Below, in pieces: positions 7,583-16,790 of a stretch of 49,626 nucleotides of DNA. Both the position numbers and the translations under genes were made by a program. This stretch comes from an uncultured bacterium. Lineage in GTDB: Bacteria; Eisenbacteria; RBG-16-71-46; DASYSL01. Within the stretch, counting starts at the first letter, position 1. Every line of letters starts with the position of its first letter. Below the pieces are notes generated by a model. The model did no database searches and was not told the DNA's origin. It saw only the letters and a list, made by a program, of their open reading frames with translations. Location: NCBI GenBank assembly GCA_964386525.1, contig CAYLSO010000008.1, forward strand, positions 1-49,626, given 5' to 3'.

Positions 7583-10270
7583 CTAACCCTGCTTGACCAC
7601 CCGCTTCACCAGCGTCTGGCTGTCCACCTGCACGCGGATGAAGAACACGCCCACACCGGCGTCGCGCGAGCCTGAGTCGCGACCGTCCCAGGTGAGGCGG
7701 TGGGCGCCGCCGCCGAGCTCTCCGAGATCCTGCCCCGCGACGAGACGGCCACGCAGGTCGTAGACCTGCATCGTCACGCGCGCCGGGCGCGGCAGGTCGA
7801 GCTGTAGGCTGAGCTCGCCCTGGAAGGGATTGCTGAGCGGCCGCAGCGCCAGGGCCTTCGCCCCCACGCCGTCCGGCACGTCCACCAGCGTGTTGGCCAC
7901 GACGGCTTCCTCCATGAGCACCGGCGTCGAGCGGCCGTTGGCCGTCCACAGCGCGTAGAGTTCGTCCCCCTTGGTGTTGGTGGTGTTCTCGTCGCGTAGG
8001 AACTCGACATACTCCTTCGAGGTCGTCTGGTAGTAGAGCCGCGCCTCCACCTGGCGCGTGGCGGCCGGCAGCTCGTACGCGATCGCGTCCCAGTTCTGAT
8101 TGTCGGCGTAGCGCGGCACCGCGCCCTCGTGGTCCACCGGCTGGCCGCCGAACGCCGCGTACGCGGCATTGGTGAAGCCCAGCGGCGGGATGCGATTGTC
8201 CTTGTAGACGGTGTCGTTGAGCGCGAAGTGGAAGGTCGTCCCCGGGCCCTTGCCGATGGCCGCGGCCAGCGCCGGTGAGATCCCCAGGTGCGCATCGTAG
8301 ACGCGCGTGTCGTTGGCCAGGCTCAGCACGCCGGTGGCCGCGTCGTAGGCGCCCGACTCCCAGATGACGTTGCCGCCCCCATCGCGGGCGACGACGTTGA
8401 CCCACATGCGCCGCCCCTCGGGGTAGCCGGTCGGCAGCTTGTGCCCCGAGCGGTTGGTCAGCGTGACGTGGGCGACGAAGTGGTCGGCGACCCACTCGGT
8501 GGTGAGGTCGAGCACCGCGGCTTTGCGTAGGATGGTGATCGCCCGGGTCTTGGCGTCCGAGAGCGCCAGCGCGCTGGTCTCGCCCGGATAGAGAGCGCCG
8601 ATGAGCGGCGGCATCCAGGCGTTGCCCCCCGTCATGTCGTGGTAAGGCAGGTCGGCGCGGGTCGGCGCCGCCGGGTCGTTGCACCCCTTCCCGGAGACGT
8701 CGGACATGTGGCAGTCCTGGCAGATGGCGACCACGCCGCCGGGCTTGTTGCCGGCGAACTCCGGCGCATAGACGCCGGCCGGGAAGGCGCTGTGCAGCCA
8801 CTCGCTGTAGGTGCGCTCGAGCGGCAGCAACACTTCGGGATCGAACGAGGCGGCCGCCTGGTCGAGCGGGCCGGGCGCGTAGTCGGCGCCCGCCACGCGG
8901 TTGAACGCCGGATTCGAGACGTTGTGGCAGGTGCCGCAGAACTCGCTCGAGCGGTGGAACGCCGACTGCAGGAACGGATGCGGCGCCACCGCGTCGGCGA
9001 ACGGCCCGCGCTTGCGCGGGTCGGGATCGACGACGAACTGGCCCGTGGTGTAGTGCCCCGGGGTGTGGCCCGGCAGCAGGTTGGCGAGCACCGCCTGGTC
9101 CACGAGCGGGCTCACCCCCGGCTTGTAGATGGGATCGACCGCACGGTGGCAGAAGTCGCAGGCCACGCCGTCGCGGTCGAGAGCCGTGAGCTGGCTGCCG
9201 TCGGTGGGCGTGCTGCGGCCGGAGAGCCAGCCGCCGGGCGTATGGCAGCGGATGCAGAGGTCGCCGGACGACGGCGCGTCCTGCTCGGCGACGGCCACGC
9301 AGGCGAAGAAGAGCGGGTCGCGCGCCGCCTGCCCCATCATGCTGCCCAGCCAGCCGTGGCCGGGCTCGGCCGCCGTGTTGTAGCCACCGTGGCAGGTGAT
9401 GCAGGAGGCGGCCTCCTGGAACTGACCGCCGCCCAGGGGCTGCGTGCCCGGCTGCTTGAAGTCGCGCAACGTCGTGGCCACCACGCCGCCCGGCGTCTGC
9501 TGGATGGTGAAGTTGGCGTTGCTCGAGTCGGCCCTGCTGTTGCCCGCCGCGTCGCGCGCCAGGACCTTCACCCGCGCCTGCAGCGTCGGCGTGTTCTGCA
9601 CGAACCACTGGAAGGTGCCGGTGTTGGCCACGCTGAGCGCCAGCGGCTCCCACGAGTGGTCCGCGGCGTCGCGGTAGAAGATGTCCACGTTGGCCACACC
9701 GACGTTGTCGGTGGCGGTCCAGGCGATCTGGTGCCCCGTGCCGCCGACCCACGACTCGCCGCCGTTGGGCGTGGTCACCGTCACCGTGGGCGCCTGCGTG
9801 TCGCTGCCGGTGGTCGGCACCAGGTAGTTCGTGATCTCGTTGACGTTGGGGATGTTGGAGCAGCTGCCGACGTTGCCCGGCGTGAGCCCCGGGAAGGTCG
9901 GGGTGTTGGTGTAGGTGGCGGTGTTGGTGACCTCGGTCAGCGTGCTGAAGCCGTCGCTGTCGGAGTCCTCGTTCTGGATGGCGGTGATGGCGGCCTCGGT
10001 GTTCGGATAGCTGTTGAGGACCGCGGCGACCCGGTTGCCGTAGGGGTTCTTGGGCCCCCCGCCGTTGAAGTCGAAGTGGCAGACGCCGCAGTGCGTGGCG
10101 TGGCTCGGCAGGTTGTCGAGCTTGCTGCCCACCGCGCTCGGATAGACGGTGAAGAAGGACCGGCGGATCGTGGGCCGCGCGAAGGCGGTGACCACCGAGC
10201 CGAAGCAGGCGATCGCGGCCAGGGCGAGGCCGATCCGGAGGGGCGACCAGCAGGTAGTGGACCGATTCAT
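7583..10270 (-). CDS. Secreted six-haem c-type cytochrome with Ig-like module and T9SS-type (Por/FlgD-Ig-like) C-terminal sorting domain
   Basis: Signal peptide present. Six CXXCH motifs: CGVCH, CITCH, CIRCH, CDFCH, CGTCH, CQDCH. Asp-rich DSDSDG motif and a PNGGESW...beta-sandwich module. The last roughly 80 aa (NPFQGELSLQLDLPRPARVTMQVYDLRGRLV...FFIRVQV...) resemble a type A T9SS C-terminal domain. Confidence 0.85.
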   Translation of the reverse strand: MNRSTTCWSPLRIGLALAAIACFGSVVTAFARPTIRRSFFTVYPSAVGSKLDNLPSHATHCGVCHFDFNGGGPKNPYGNRVAAVLNSYPNTEAAITAIQNEDSDSDGFSTLTEVTNTATYTNTPTFPGLTPGNVGSCSNIPNVNEITNYLVPTTGSDTQAPTVTVTTPNGGESWVGGTGHQIAWTATDNVGVANVDIFYRDAADHSWEPLALSVANTGTFQWFVQNTPTLQARVKVLARDAAGNSRADSSNANFTIQQTPGGVVATTLRDFKQPGTQPLGGGQFQEAASCITCHGGYNTAAEPGHGWLGSMMGQAARDPLFFACVAVAEQDAPSSGDLCIRCHTPGGWLSGRSTPTDGSQLTALDRDGVACDFCHRAVDPIYKPGVSPLVDQAVLANLLPGHTPGHYTTGQFVVDPDPRKRGPFADAVAPHPFLQSAFHRSSEFCGTCHNVSNPAFNRVAGADYAPGPLDQAAASFDPEVLLPLERTYSEWLHSAFPAGVYAPEFAGNKPGGVVAICQDCHMSDVSGKGCNDPAAPTRADLPYHDMTGGNAWMPPLIGALYPGETSALALSDAKTRAITILRKAAVLDLTTEWVADHFVAHVTLTNRSGHKLPTGYPEGRRMWVNVVARDGGGNVIWESGAYDAATGVLSLANDTRVYDAHLGISPALAAAIGKGPGTTFHFALNDTVYKDNRIPPLGFTNAAYAAFGGQPVDHEGAVPRYADNQNWDAIAYELPAATRQVEARLYYQTTSKEYVEFLRDENTTNTKGDELYALWTANGRSTPVLMEEAVVANTLVDVPDGVGAKALALRPLSNPFQGELSLQLDLPRPARVTMQVYDLRGRLVAGQDLGELGGGAHRLTWDGRDSGSRDAGVGVFFIRVQVDSQTLVKRVVKQG

Positions 10271-10508
10271 TACCCACCCCCGTGGATGATGGGCGGCCTC
10301 GGGCAGGCCGTCCGGTGGATTCGACGCATGACTCGCGCCTTGAGGGGTTGCATGTATCGGGCCAGGCGAGGGGAGCGGCCTCGCGGCCCCTGCGGCGGCG
10401 AGAGACGCCTTTCAGGCGCGTGGCTTGCGGCCGCGACTCGTCCTGGGACAGGTCGATCCGGCGGCGGACCGGCGCCACAGCGGCGACAGACTGTCTGCGG
10501 CTGCGGCC

Positions 10509-10572
10509 GGAATGTCGGTCGGCCGGCTGGAATGTCGGTCGGCCGGCCCCGCCGGAATGCCGGTCGGCGGCC
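10509..10572. repeat. Three direct repeats GGAATG(T/C)CGGTCGGC in a divergent intergenic region
   Basis: Identical 19-mers GGAATGTCGGTCGGCCGGC at 10509-10527 and 10529-10547. A degenerate third copy lies at 10554-10572. The inverted repeat CCATACC-TTGT-GGTATGG (10574-10591) covers the EamA start codon. Confidence 0.6.
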
Positions 10573-10587
10573 ACCATACCTTGTGGT

Positions 10588-11541
10588 ATGGATTACCAAG
10601 TGAGCCCTTCCCCCGCGCCCGTGCCGCCCCTGGCCAAGTCCGCCGCCGTCGTCGCCACCACGCTCATCTGGGGAAGCACCTTCCTGGCCATCAGCATGGG
10701 CAACGACACGGTGCCGCCGGCCTGGGCGGCGACTCTGCGCCTGGCGATCGCGGCCGTGGCGCTGTTCGCCATCCTCGCCCTGCGCCGCCAGCCCCTGCCG
10801 CGCGGTGAGGCGATGGTGAGCGCGGTGCTCTACGGCTTCTTCCAGTTCGGCCTCAACCTACCCCTGCTCTACTGGGCGGAGACCCAGGTGCCCTCGGGCC
10901 TCTGCGCCATCATCTTCGCCACCCTGCCGCTCAACAACGCCGTCCTGACCCACCTGTTCGGGCTCGAGAGGCTCACCCTCGCCAAGATCGCGGGCGCCGT
11001 GCTGGCCCTGGCCGGCGTGGCCGTCATCTTCTCGGCTCAGGTCACGCTCGCCGTCGAGCCGCGGCGCCTGTTCGCCGTGCTCGTGGCCACCTGGGCGGCG
11101 GGCCTGGGCAGCGTGTTCTTGAAGCGCGGCCCCCGCCAGTCGCCGATCGGCGCCAACGCGGTGGGCGCCACGGTCGGCCTCGTGGTCTGTGCCTTCACCA
11201 GCCTGCTGCTCGCCGAATCCCAGGCGTTGCCGCGCGGCGGCGCCGCCTGGTTCCCCATCCTCTACCTCGCCGTCGCCGCCTCGCTCGGCGCCTTCGTCCT
11301 GTGGGCCTGGCTCCTGAACCACTCGAACATCACGCGGCTCAGCTACATCTCCGTGGTCGTGCCGCTGGTGGCGCTCGTCCTCGGCGTGCTGGTGCGCGGC
11401 GAGCGCCCGGCGCCGGCCAGCTTCCTGGGGGCCGTCATCGTGCTGGCCGGCGTGGCCCTCGGAGTGCGCGTCCCGGCGAGGCTCGCCAAGGACCCGACCA
11501 AGACCCCCGCCGACCTTGCCCCGCCCTCGGTAGCCGAGTAG
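10588..11541 (+). CDS. EamA/DMT-superfamily transporter
   Basis: About 10 hydrophobic helices and a duplicated EamA-like pattern (LIWGSTFLAI..., FVLWAWLL...). ATG at 10588. The upstream part of the tracked ORF is R-rich and non-coding. Confidence 0.8.
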   Translation: MDYQVSPSPAPVPPLAKSAAVVATTLIWGSTFLAISMGNDTVPPAWAATLRLAIAAVALFAILALRRQPLPRGEAMVSAVLYGFFQFGLNLPLLYWAETQVPSGLCAIIFATLPLNNAVLTHLFGLERLTLAKIAGAVLALAGVAVIFSAQVTLAVEPRRLFAVLVATWAAGLGSVFLKRGPRQSPIGANAVGATVGLVVCAFTSLLLAESQALPRGGAAWFPILYLAVAASLGAFVLWAWLLNHSNITRLSYISVVVPLVALVLGVLVRGERPAPASFLGAVIVLAGVALGVRVPARLAKDPTKTPADLAPPSVAE

Positions 11542-11628
11542 CCTGGCTCCGACGACCGCCTCACGGCCGGGGCCCTATCCCGGCCGCCCGTGCGGCCACC
11601 GCTCCCGGCTTTCGAGAGGAGTCCCGCA

Positions 11629-14064
11629 ATGCCAGGGATCCGCCCGTTGCCCGTCGAGTCTCTCCGCCGCGCCTGCGACCCGGCGCAGTTCCGGTTCGCG
11701 ACCACCGCCGAGCTCAAGCCCGTGCACCTGCCGATCGGCCAGCCGCGCGCCGTCGAGGCGCTGCGCTTCGGCCTCGGCATGCGCGCCGAGGGCTACGACC
11801 TCTTCGCCCTCGGCCCCCAGGGCAGCGGCAAGCACACCACCGTCGTGCAGTTTCTCGAAGCCCAGGCGGCGGGCGAGCCGGTGCCGCCCGACTGGTGCTA
11901 CGTGAACAACTTCGCCACGCCGCACCGGCCGCGCGCGCTGCGCCTGGCGCCCGGCCTCGGCGCGGTGCTGCGCCGCGACATGAACAAGCTCGTCGAGGAG
12001 CTGCGCGCCGCCATCCCCGCCGCCTTCGAGAGCGAGGCCTACCGCTCGCGCAAGCTGACCCTCTCCAAGGGCCTCGAGGAGACCCAGGAGCAGGCCTTCG
12101 AGGCGCTGCGCGAGCAGGCGAAGGAGCGCAGCATCGCGCTCCTGCGCACGCCCATCGGGCTGACGCTGGCGCCCATGAAAGGCGAGGAGGTGCTCGACCC
12201 GCAGGAGTTCGCCAAGCTGCCGCCGGCCGAGCAGGAGCGCCTCCAGAAGGAGGTCGAGGGGCTGCAGGAGCAGTTGCAGGAGTTCCTCCACAAGGTGCCG
12301 CGCTGGGAGAAGGAGCACCGGGCCAAGCTGCGTGAGCTGCGCCGCGAGGTGTCGCGCTACGCGGTGGAGCGCGCCATGGAGGACATCTACGAGGACTACG
12401 GGGAGCTGCCCGAGGTGCTAAACTACCTGCACGACGTGCAGAACGACGTGCTCGAGAACTTCCCCCAGTTTCTGCAGTCTGGGGCACAGCCGCAGTCGCC
12501 GCAGCCGGAGGGCGCCCCGCCGCTGCCGCCGGCGGTGGCCGAGCTGTTCGGGCTGTTCCGCCGCTACCAGGTCAACGTCATGGTGGACCACGACGACTCG
12601 AAGGGCGCGCCGGTGGTCTACGAGGACCAGCCGAGCCTGCCCAACCTGCTCGGCCGCATCGAGCACATCTCGCAGATGGGCGCCCTGGTCACCGACTTCA
12701 CGCTCATCAAGCCCGGCGCGCTGCACCGCGCCCACGGCGGCTACCTCATCCTCGACGCGCGCCGCCTGCTGATGCAGCCCTTCGCCTGGGAGGACTTGAA
12801 GCGCGTCCTGCGCTCGCGCGAGATCCGCTTCGAGTCGCTGGCCGACCGGCTGAGTCCGGTGTCCACCGTCAGCCTCGATCCCGAGCCCATCCCGCTCGAC
12901 TGCAAGGTGATCCTCATCGGCGAGCCCTGGCTCTACTACCTGCTGACCGAGGCCGACCCCGACTTCGACGAGCTCTTCAAGGTGGCGGTGGACTTCGACG
13001 ACCGCACCGACTGGACGCCGGAGACGGCGAACATGTACGCCGGGTTCTTCGGCCACGTGGCGCGCGAGGAGGGCCTGCGGCCGCTCGACCGCGACGCCGT
13101 GGCGGGCGTGCTCGAGCACGCCGTGCGCCTGGCCGGCGACGTCGAAAAGCTTTCGACGCGCATGCAGCACCTGGTGGACCTGGTGCGCGAGTCCGACTAC
13201 TGGGCCGGGCAGGCGGCGCGCGAGACGGTCACCGCCGCCGACGTCGAGCGCGCCATCGCGGCACAGATCCGCCGCGGCGACCTGCTGCGCGAGCGGATGC
13301 AGGAGGAGATCCGCCGCGGCACGGTGCTCATCGACACGCGCGGCGAGGTGGTCGGCCAGGTCAACGGCCTGTCGGTGTACTCGCTGGGCGGGCTGGCCTT
13401 CGGGCGCCCGAGCCGCATCACGGCGCGCGTGCGCCTCGGGCGCGGCGAGGTGGTGGACATCGAGCGCGAGGTGGAGCTGGGCGGGCCGATCCACTCCAAG
13501 GGCGTGCTCATCCTCTCCGGCTTCCTCGGCGAGCGCTTCGCCACGCGCCGGCCGCTGGCGCTGTCGGCGAGCCTCGGCTTCGAGCAGTCCTACTCCGGCG
13601 TCGAGGGCGACAGCGCCTCCTCGGCCGAGCTCTACGCCCTGCTCTCGGCGCTGGCCCAGACACCGGTCAAGCAGTCGTTCGCGGTCACCGGCTCGGTCAA
13701 CCAGCGCGGGCAGGTGCAGGCGATCGGCGGCGCCAACGAGAAGATCGAGGGTTTCTTCGAGGTCTGCCGGACGGCCGGCCTCACCGGCGACCAGGGCGTG
13801 CTCATCCCGGCGTCCAACGTCAAGCACCTCATGCTGCGCCGCGAGGTGGTCGAGGCGGTGGCCGCGGGCCGTTTCCGCGTCTACGCCGTGGAGACCGTGG
13901 ATCAGGGCATCGAGCTGCTGACCGGCGTGCCCGCCGGCGAGCGCGAGGCCTCCGGCCTGTACCCGGAGGGCTCGATCAACCGGCGCGTCGAGGACCGGCT
14001 GACCGAGCTCGCCGAAGCCGCCCGCCGCTTCGCCCTGCCGCACAAGGAGGAGCGCCCGTCATGA
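11629..14064 (+). CDS. Lon-like ATP-dependent protease (COG1067/LonB-LonC-like) with long coiled-coil insertion
   Basis: Walker A GPQGSGKHT, followed by a roughly 150-aa helical E/K/Q-rich insert. The C-terminal Lon proteolytic domain has VEGDSASSAE (Ser) and GANEKIEGFF (Lys). ATG at 11629 follows GAGAGGA. Confidence 0.85.
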   Translation: MPGIRPLPVESLRRACDPAQFRFATTAELKPVHLPIGQPRAVEALRFGLGMRAEGYDLFALGPQGSGKHTTVVQFLEAQAAGEPVPPDWCYVNNFATPHRPRALRLAPGLGAVLRRDMNKLVEELRAAIPAAFESEAYRSRKLTLSKGLEETQEQAFEALREQAKERSIALLRTPIGLTLAPMKGEEVLDPQEFAKLPPAEQERLQKEVEGLQEQLQEFLHKVPRWEKEHRAKLRELRREVSRYAVERAMEDIYEDYGELPEVLNYLHDVQNDVLENFPQFLQSGAQPQSPQPEGAPPLPPAVAELFGLFRRYQVNVMVDHDDSKGAPVVYEDQPSLPNLLGRIEHISQMGALVTDFTLIKPGALHRAHGGYLILDARRLLMQPFAWEDLKRVLRSREIRFESLADRLSPVSTVSLDPEPIPLDCKVILIGEPWLYYLLTEADPDFDELFKVAVDFDDRTDWTPETANMYAGFFGHVAREEGLRPLDRDAVAGVLEHAVRLAGDVEKLSTRMQHLVDLVRESDYWAGQAARETVTAADVERAIAAQIRRGDLLRERMQEEIRRGTVLIDTRGEVVGQVNGLSVYSLGGLAFGRPSRITARVRLGRGEVVDIEREVELGGPIHSKGVLILSGFLGERFATRRPLALSASLGFEQSYSGVEGDSASSAELYALLSALAQTPVKQSFAVTGSVNQRGQVQAIGGANEKIEGFFEVCRTAGLTGDQGVLIPASNVKHLMLRREVVEAVAAGRFRVYAVETVDQGIELLTGVPAGEREASGLYPEGSINRRVEDRLTELAEAARRFALPHKEERPS

Positions 14065-14912
14065 GCGAGCGCGCGACGGACGGGCCCGCCGTCCGGCGCA
14101 TCCTGGTGGCGCTGGACGCGGCGGCGCACGACCCGGCCCTGCTCGATGCCGCCGCGGCGCTGGCCGCCCGCCTCGAGGCGGAGCTGATCGGCCTCTTCGT
14201 CGAGGATCTCAACCTCTTGCGCTCGGCCGGGCTGCCGTTCGTGCGCCAGGTGAGCTTCCTGACGGCCAGCGCCGAGGAGTTCGACGCGCCCACCACCGAA
14301 CGCGAGCTGCGCGTCATGGCCGAGCGGGCCGAGCGCCGTCTGGCCGCGGCGGCGCACGAGAACGGCGTGAAGTACTCGTTCCGCGTGGTGCGCGGGCACG
14401 TGGCCCACGAGGTCAGCGCCGCCGCCGAGGAGGCCGACCTGGTCATCGTCGAAGAATCGGCGAGGCCGCTGACCCGCCACCTGCGCCTGCCCGCGCCCTG
14501 CCGCGACGCGACCCTGCAGGTGAGCCGCTCGGTGCTGCTCTACCGCCGCGGCGCCGACACCGAGGGGCCGATCAGCGTGGTGTACGACGGCTCGCCGGAA
14601 GCCGACCAGGCGCTGGCCATGGCGGGAAAGCTGACGGGCGACGGCGAGCGCGGGCTCGAGATCCTCCTCGTCCCCTCCCCCGTGGCCCGCGGCGCCGACC
14701 TCGAGCACCGGGCGCGGCAGCGGCTCATCGACCACCGCGGCGAGGTGCACATGCGCGCCCTCGGCCCCGCCGGGCTGCCGCAGATCGGCCGCCTGCTGCG
14801 CGACGTGGGCGCCGGGCTGGTGGTGCTGCACGGCAGCTGCGCGGCGGCCCGCGGCGCGGAGATCGAGAGCATCATCAAGGACCTAGGCTGCCCGGTGCTG
14901 CTGTTGAGGTAG
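14061..14912 (+). CDS. Tandem universal-stress-protein (USP)-like domain protein
   Basis: Two repeats of the USP-like pattern (RILVALD...LVIV; ISVVYDGS...LVVLHG...PVLLL). ATGA start/stop overlap with the Lon-like gene. Confidence 0.7.
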   Translation: MSERATDGPAVRRILVALDAAAHDPALLDAAAALAARLEAELIGLFVEDLNLLRSAGLPFVRQVSFLTASAEEFDAPTTERELRVMAERAERRLAAAAHENGVKYSFRVVRGHVAHEVSAAAEEADLVIVEESARPLTRHLRLPAPCRDATLQVSRSVLLYRRGADTEGPISVVYDGSPEADQALAMAGKLTGDGERGLEILLVPSPVARGADLEHRARQRLIDHRGEVHMRALGPAGLPQIGRLLRDVGAGLVVLHGSCAAARGAEIESIIKDLGCPVLLLR

Positions 14913-15115
14913 GGTCGCAGGGGCCGGGCCACCCGTGCAGTCTGCGCGAGACGGGCGTGAGGCCGGTGTGCTTCGCAGGTCAGGGCGCCGTGAAGTCGGC
15001 TTCCCAGCGCCTTCTTGCCGGCCCGGCAGCGCTGGCGCGCCGCTTGCTATTTCTCCGAACAGGCGAGCCTGGCCGCAGGCGGCGCCTTCTCCCCCAAACC
15101 ACAGGAGCTTCTCGA

Positions 15116-15523
15116 ATGAAAAGGAACCGCTCGCTTCCGCTGACCGTCGCCGTCCTGCTCGGCGCCGCCCTGCTGGCCGGCTGCGGCGACTCGCCGACCA
15201 CCCCCGGGATCCAGCCGCAGATCGTCAACAACACGGACAGCTTCGAGTACCAGACCTCGAGCGTGCGCAACTACTCCGGCTCCGCCACCTACACGTGGCA
15301 GAACACCGGGGTCGCGGCCAACGTGAATCAGGCCACCACGGTGACCGCGGGCAGCATCAGCGTGGTCATCACGGACGCGGCCGGCACGCAGGTCTACTCG
15401 CGCTCGCTGTCCGACAACGGCACCTTCGTCACCGCGGACGGGGTGGCCGGGGCCTGGAAGATCCGGGTCGTCTACAGCGGCGCCAGCGGCACCGTGAACT
15501 TCCGCGTCGAGAAGAAGACCTAG
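15116..15523 (+). CDS. Small lipoprotein, unknown function
   Basis: ATG at 15116 after ACAGGAG. Lipobox LLAGC. The mature part is beta-rich and T/S/N-rich. Confidence 0.7.
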   Translation: MKRNRSLPLTVAVLLGAALLAGCGDSPTTPGIQPQIVNNTDSFEYQTSSVRNYSGSATYTWQNTGVAANVNQATTVTAGSISVVITDAAGTQVYSRSLSDNGTFVTADGVAGAWKIRVVYSGASGTVNFRVEKKT

Positions 15524-15532
15524 CCCGCGACC

Positions 15533-15563
15533 CGGGGCCCGCTCCCTGGCCGGCCGGGCCCCG
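15533..15563 (+). terminator. GC hairpin downstream of the lipoprotein gene (weak terminator candidate)
   Basis: 9-bp stem CGGGGCCCG / CGGGCCCCG with a 13-nt loop. The trailing sequence CTCCGGGTTCTCC has a poor U-tract. Confidence 0.3.
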
Positions 15564-15671
15564 CTCCGGGTTCTCCGCGCTGTCGGCCGCGCGCCTGGCA
15601 CGTCAGGCCAAACCCAGGTATCTTCCCCGCGAACCGACCGCCGACCGTTCCGTTTCTCGGAGACCGTCCCG

Positions 15672-16721
15672 ATGACCCCAACCGCCCCCCACCCGTCCGA
15701 GCAATCCCCCTTCATGAAGGCCTGCCGGCGCGAGCCGGCGCCCCACACGCCGGTGTGGCTCATGCGCCAGGCCGGCCGCTACATGAAGGAGTACCGCGAC
15801 GTGCGGGCCCGCGTCTCCATGCTCGAGCTGTGCAAGTCGCCGGCGCTGGTGAGCGAGGTCACGACCTACGCCGCCCGGCGCATCGGGGCGGACGCGGCCA
15901 TCCTGTTCGCCGACCTGTTGCTCATCGTCGAGCCGCTCGGCCTCGCCCTCGAGTACAGCCAGGGGGAGGGCCCGGTGATCGCCCCGGCGGTGCGCGACGC
16001 CGCCGCCGTGGAGACGCTGCGCGAGGTGGACCCCGAGGCGCTGGGCTACGTCTACGCGGCCGTGCGGCAGACCCGCGCCGACCTGCCCACGACGCTGCCG
16101 CTCATCGGCTTCGCCGGGGCGCCCTTCACCGTCGCCTCGTACCTCATCGAGGGCCGCGGCACCCGCCACTTCGAGCGCACCAAGCGCTTCATGCACGGCG
16201 ACGAGGGCGCTTGGCGGGCCCTCATGGAGAAGATCGTCCGCGGCACGGCGGCCTACCTGAACCGCCAGGCCGCGGCCGGCTGCCAGGCCCTGCAGATCTT
16301 CGACAGCTGGGTGGGCTGCCTCTCGCCCGCCGATTACCGGCGCTACGTGCAGCCTTTCTCGGCCGCCCTCATCGCCGCCCTGCCGCCGGGCGTGCCGGTC
16401 ATCCACTTCGGCACCGACACGACTTCGCTGCTTCCTGACATGAAAGCGGCCGGCGGCACGGTCATCGGCCTCGATTGGCGTGTAGAATTGGACCGCGCCT
16501 GGCAGGGCCTCGGCTACGACGTGGCGGTGCAGGGCAACCTGGATCCCATCGTGCTGTTCGCCGAGCCCGCGGTCATCCGCGCGCAGGCCCAGCGGATCCT
16601 GACGCAAGCCGCAGGGCGCGACGGGCACGTCTTCAACCTCGGCCACGGCATCCTGCCGGGCACCCCGGTGGACCACGTGGTCCGCCTGGTGGAGACGGTG
16701 CACGAGCTGAGCCGGCGCTGA
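15672..16721 (+). CDS. hemE: Uroporphyrinogen decarboxylase
   Basis: PVWLMRQAGRYMKEYR near the N-terminus and full-length similarity to the HemE/UroD pattern (...FDSWVG...NLGHGI). Confidence 0.95.
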   Translation: MTPTAPHPSEQSPFMKACRREPAPHTPVWLMRQAGRYMKEYRDVRARVSMLELCKSPALVSEVTTYAARRIGADAAILFADLLLIVEPLGLALEYSQGEGPVIAPAVRDAAAVETLREVDPEALGYVYAAVRQTRADLPTTLPLIGFAGAPFTVASYLIEGRGTRHFERTKRFMHGDEGAWRALMEKIVRGTAAYLNRQAAAGCQALQIFDSWVGCLSPADYRRYVQPFSAALIAALPPGVPVIHFGTDTTSLLPDMKAAGGTVIGLDWRVELDRAWQGLGYDVAVQGNLDPIVLFAEPAVIRAQAQRILTQAAGRDGHVFNLGHGILPGTPVDHVVRLVETVHELSRR

Positions 16722-16790
16722 CGTTTTCGCGGATCCCGATCCGGCCGCCACATCCGAAACCCGCCGCACCCCCCGCGGGGGGCGCGGCTC

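Noticed and set aside
10509-10572. Direct repeats considered as a mini CRISPR array
   Set aside because: There are only three 19-nt copies, separated by 1-6 nt with no spacers. There are no cas genes. They are better explained as regulatory direct repeats or a local duplication.
7497-10577. 1026-aa minus-strand ORF and the 654-aa plus-strand ORF (8639-10603) overlapping the multihaem cytochrome gene
   Set aside because: These are alternate or antisense frames of the 7583-10270 CDS. They have no motifs and are dominated by R/G/P/A. The 7583-10270 frame has a signal peptide, six CXXCH motifs and a recognisable C-terminal domain.
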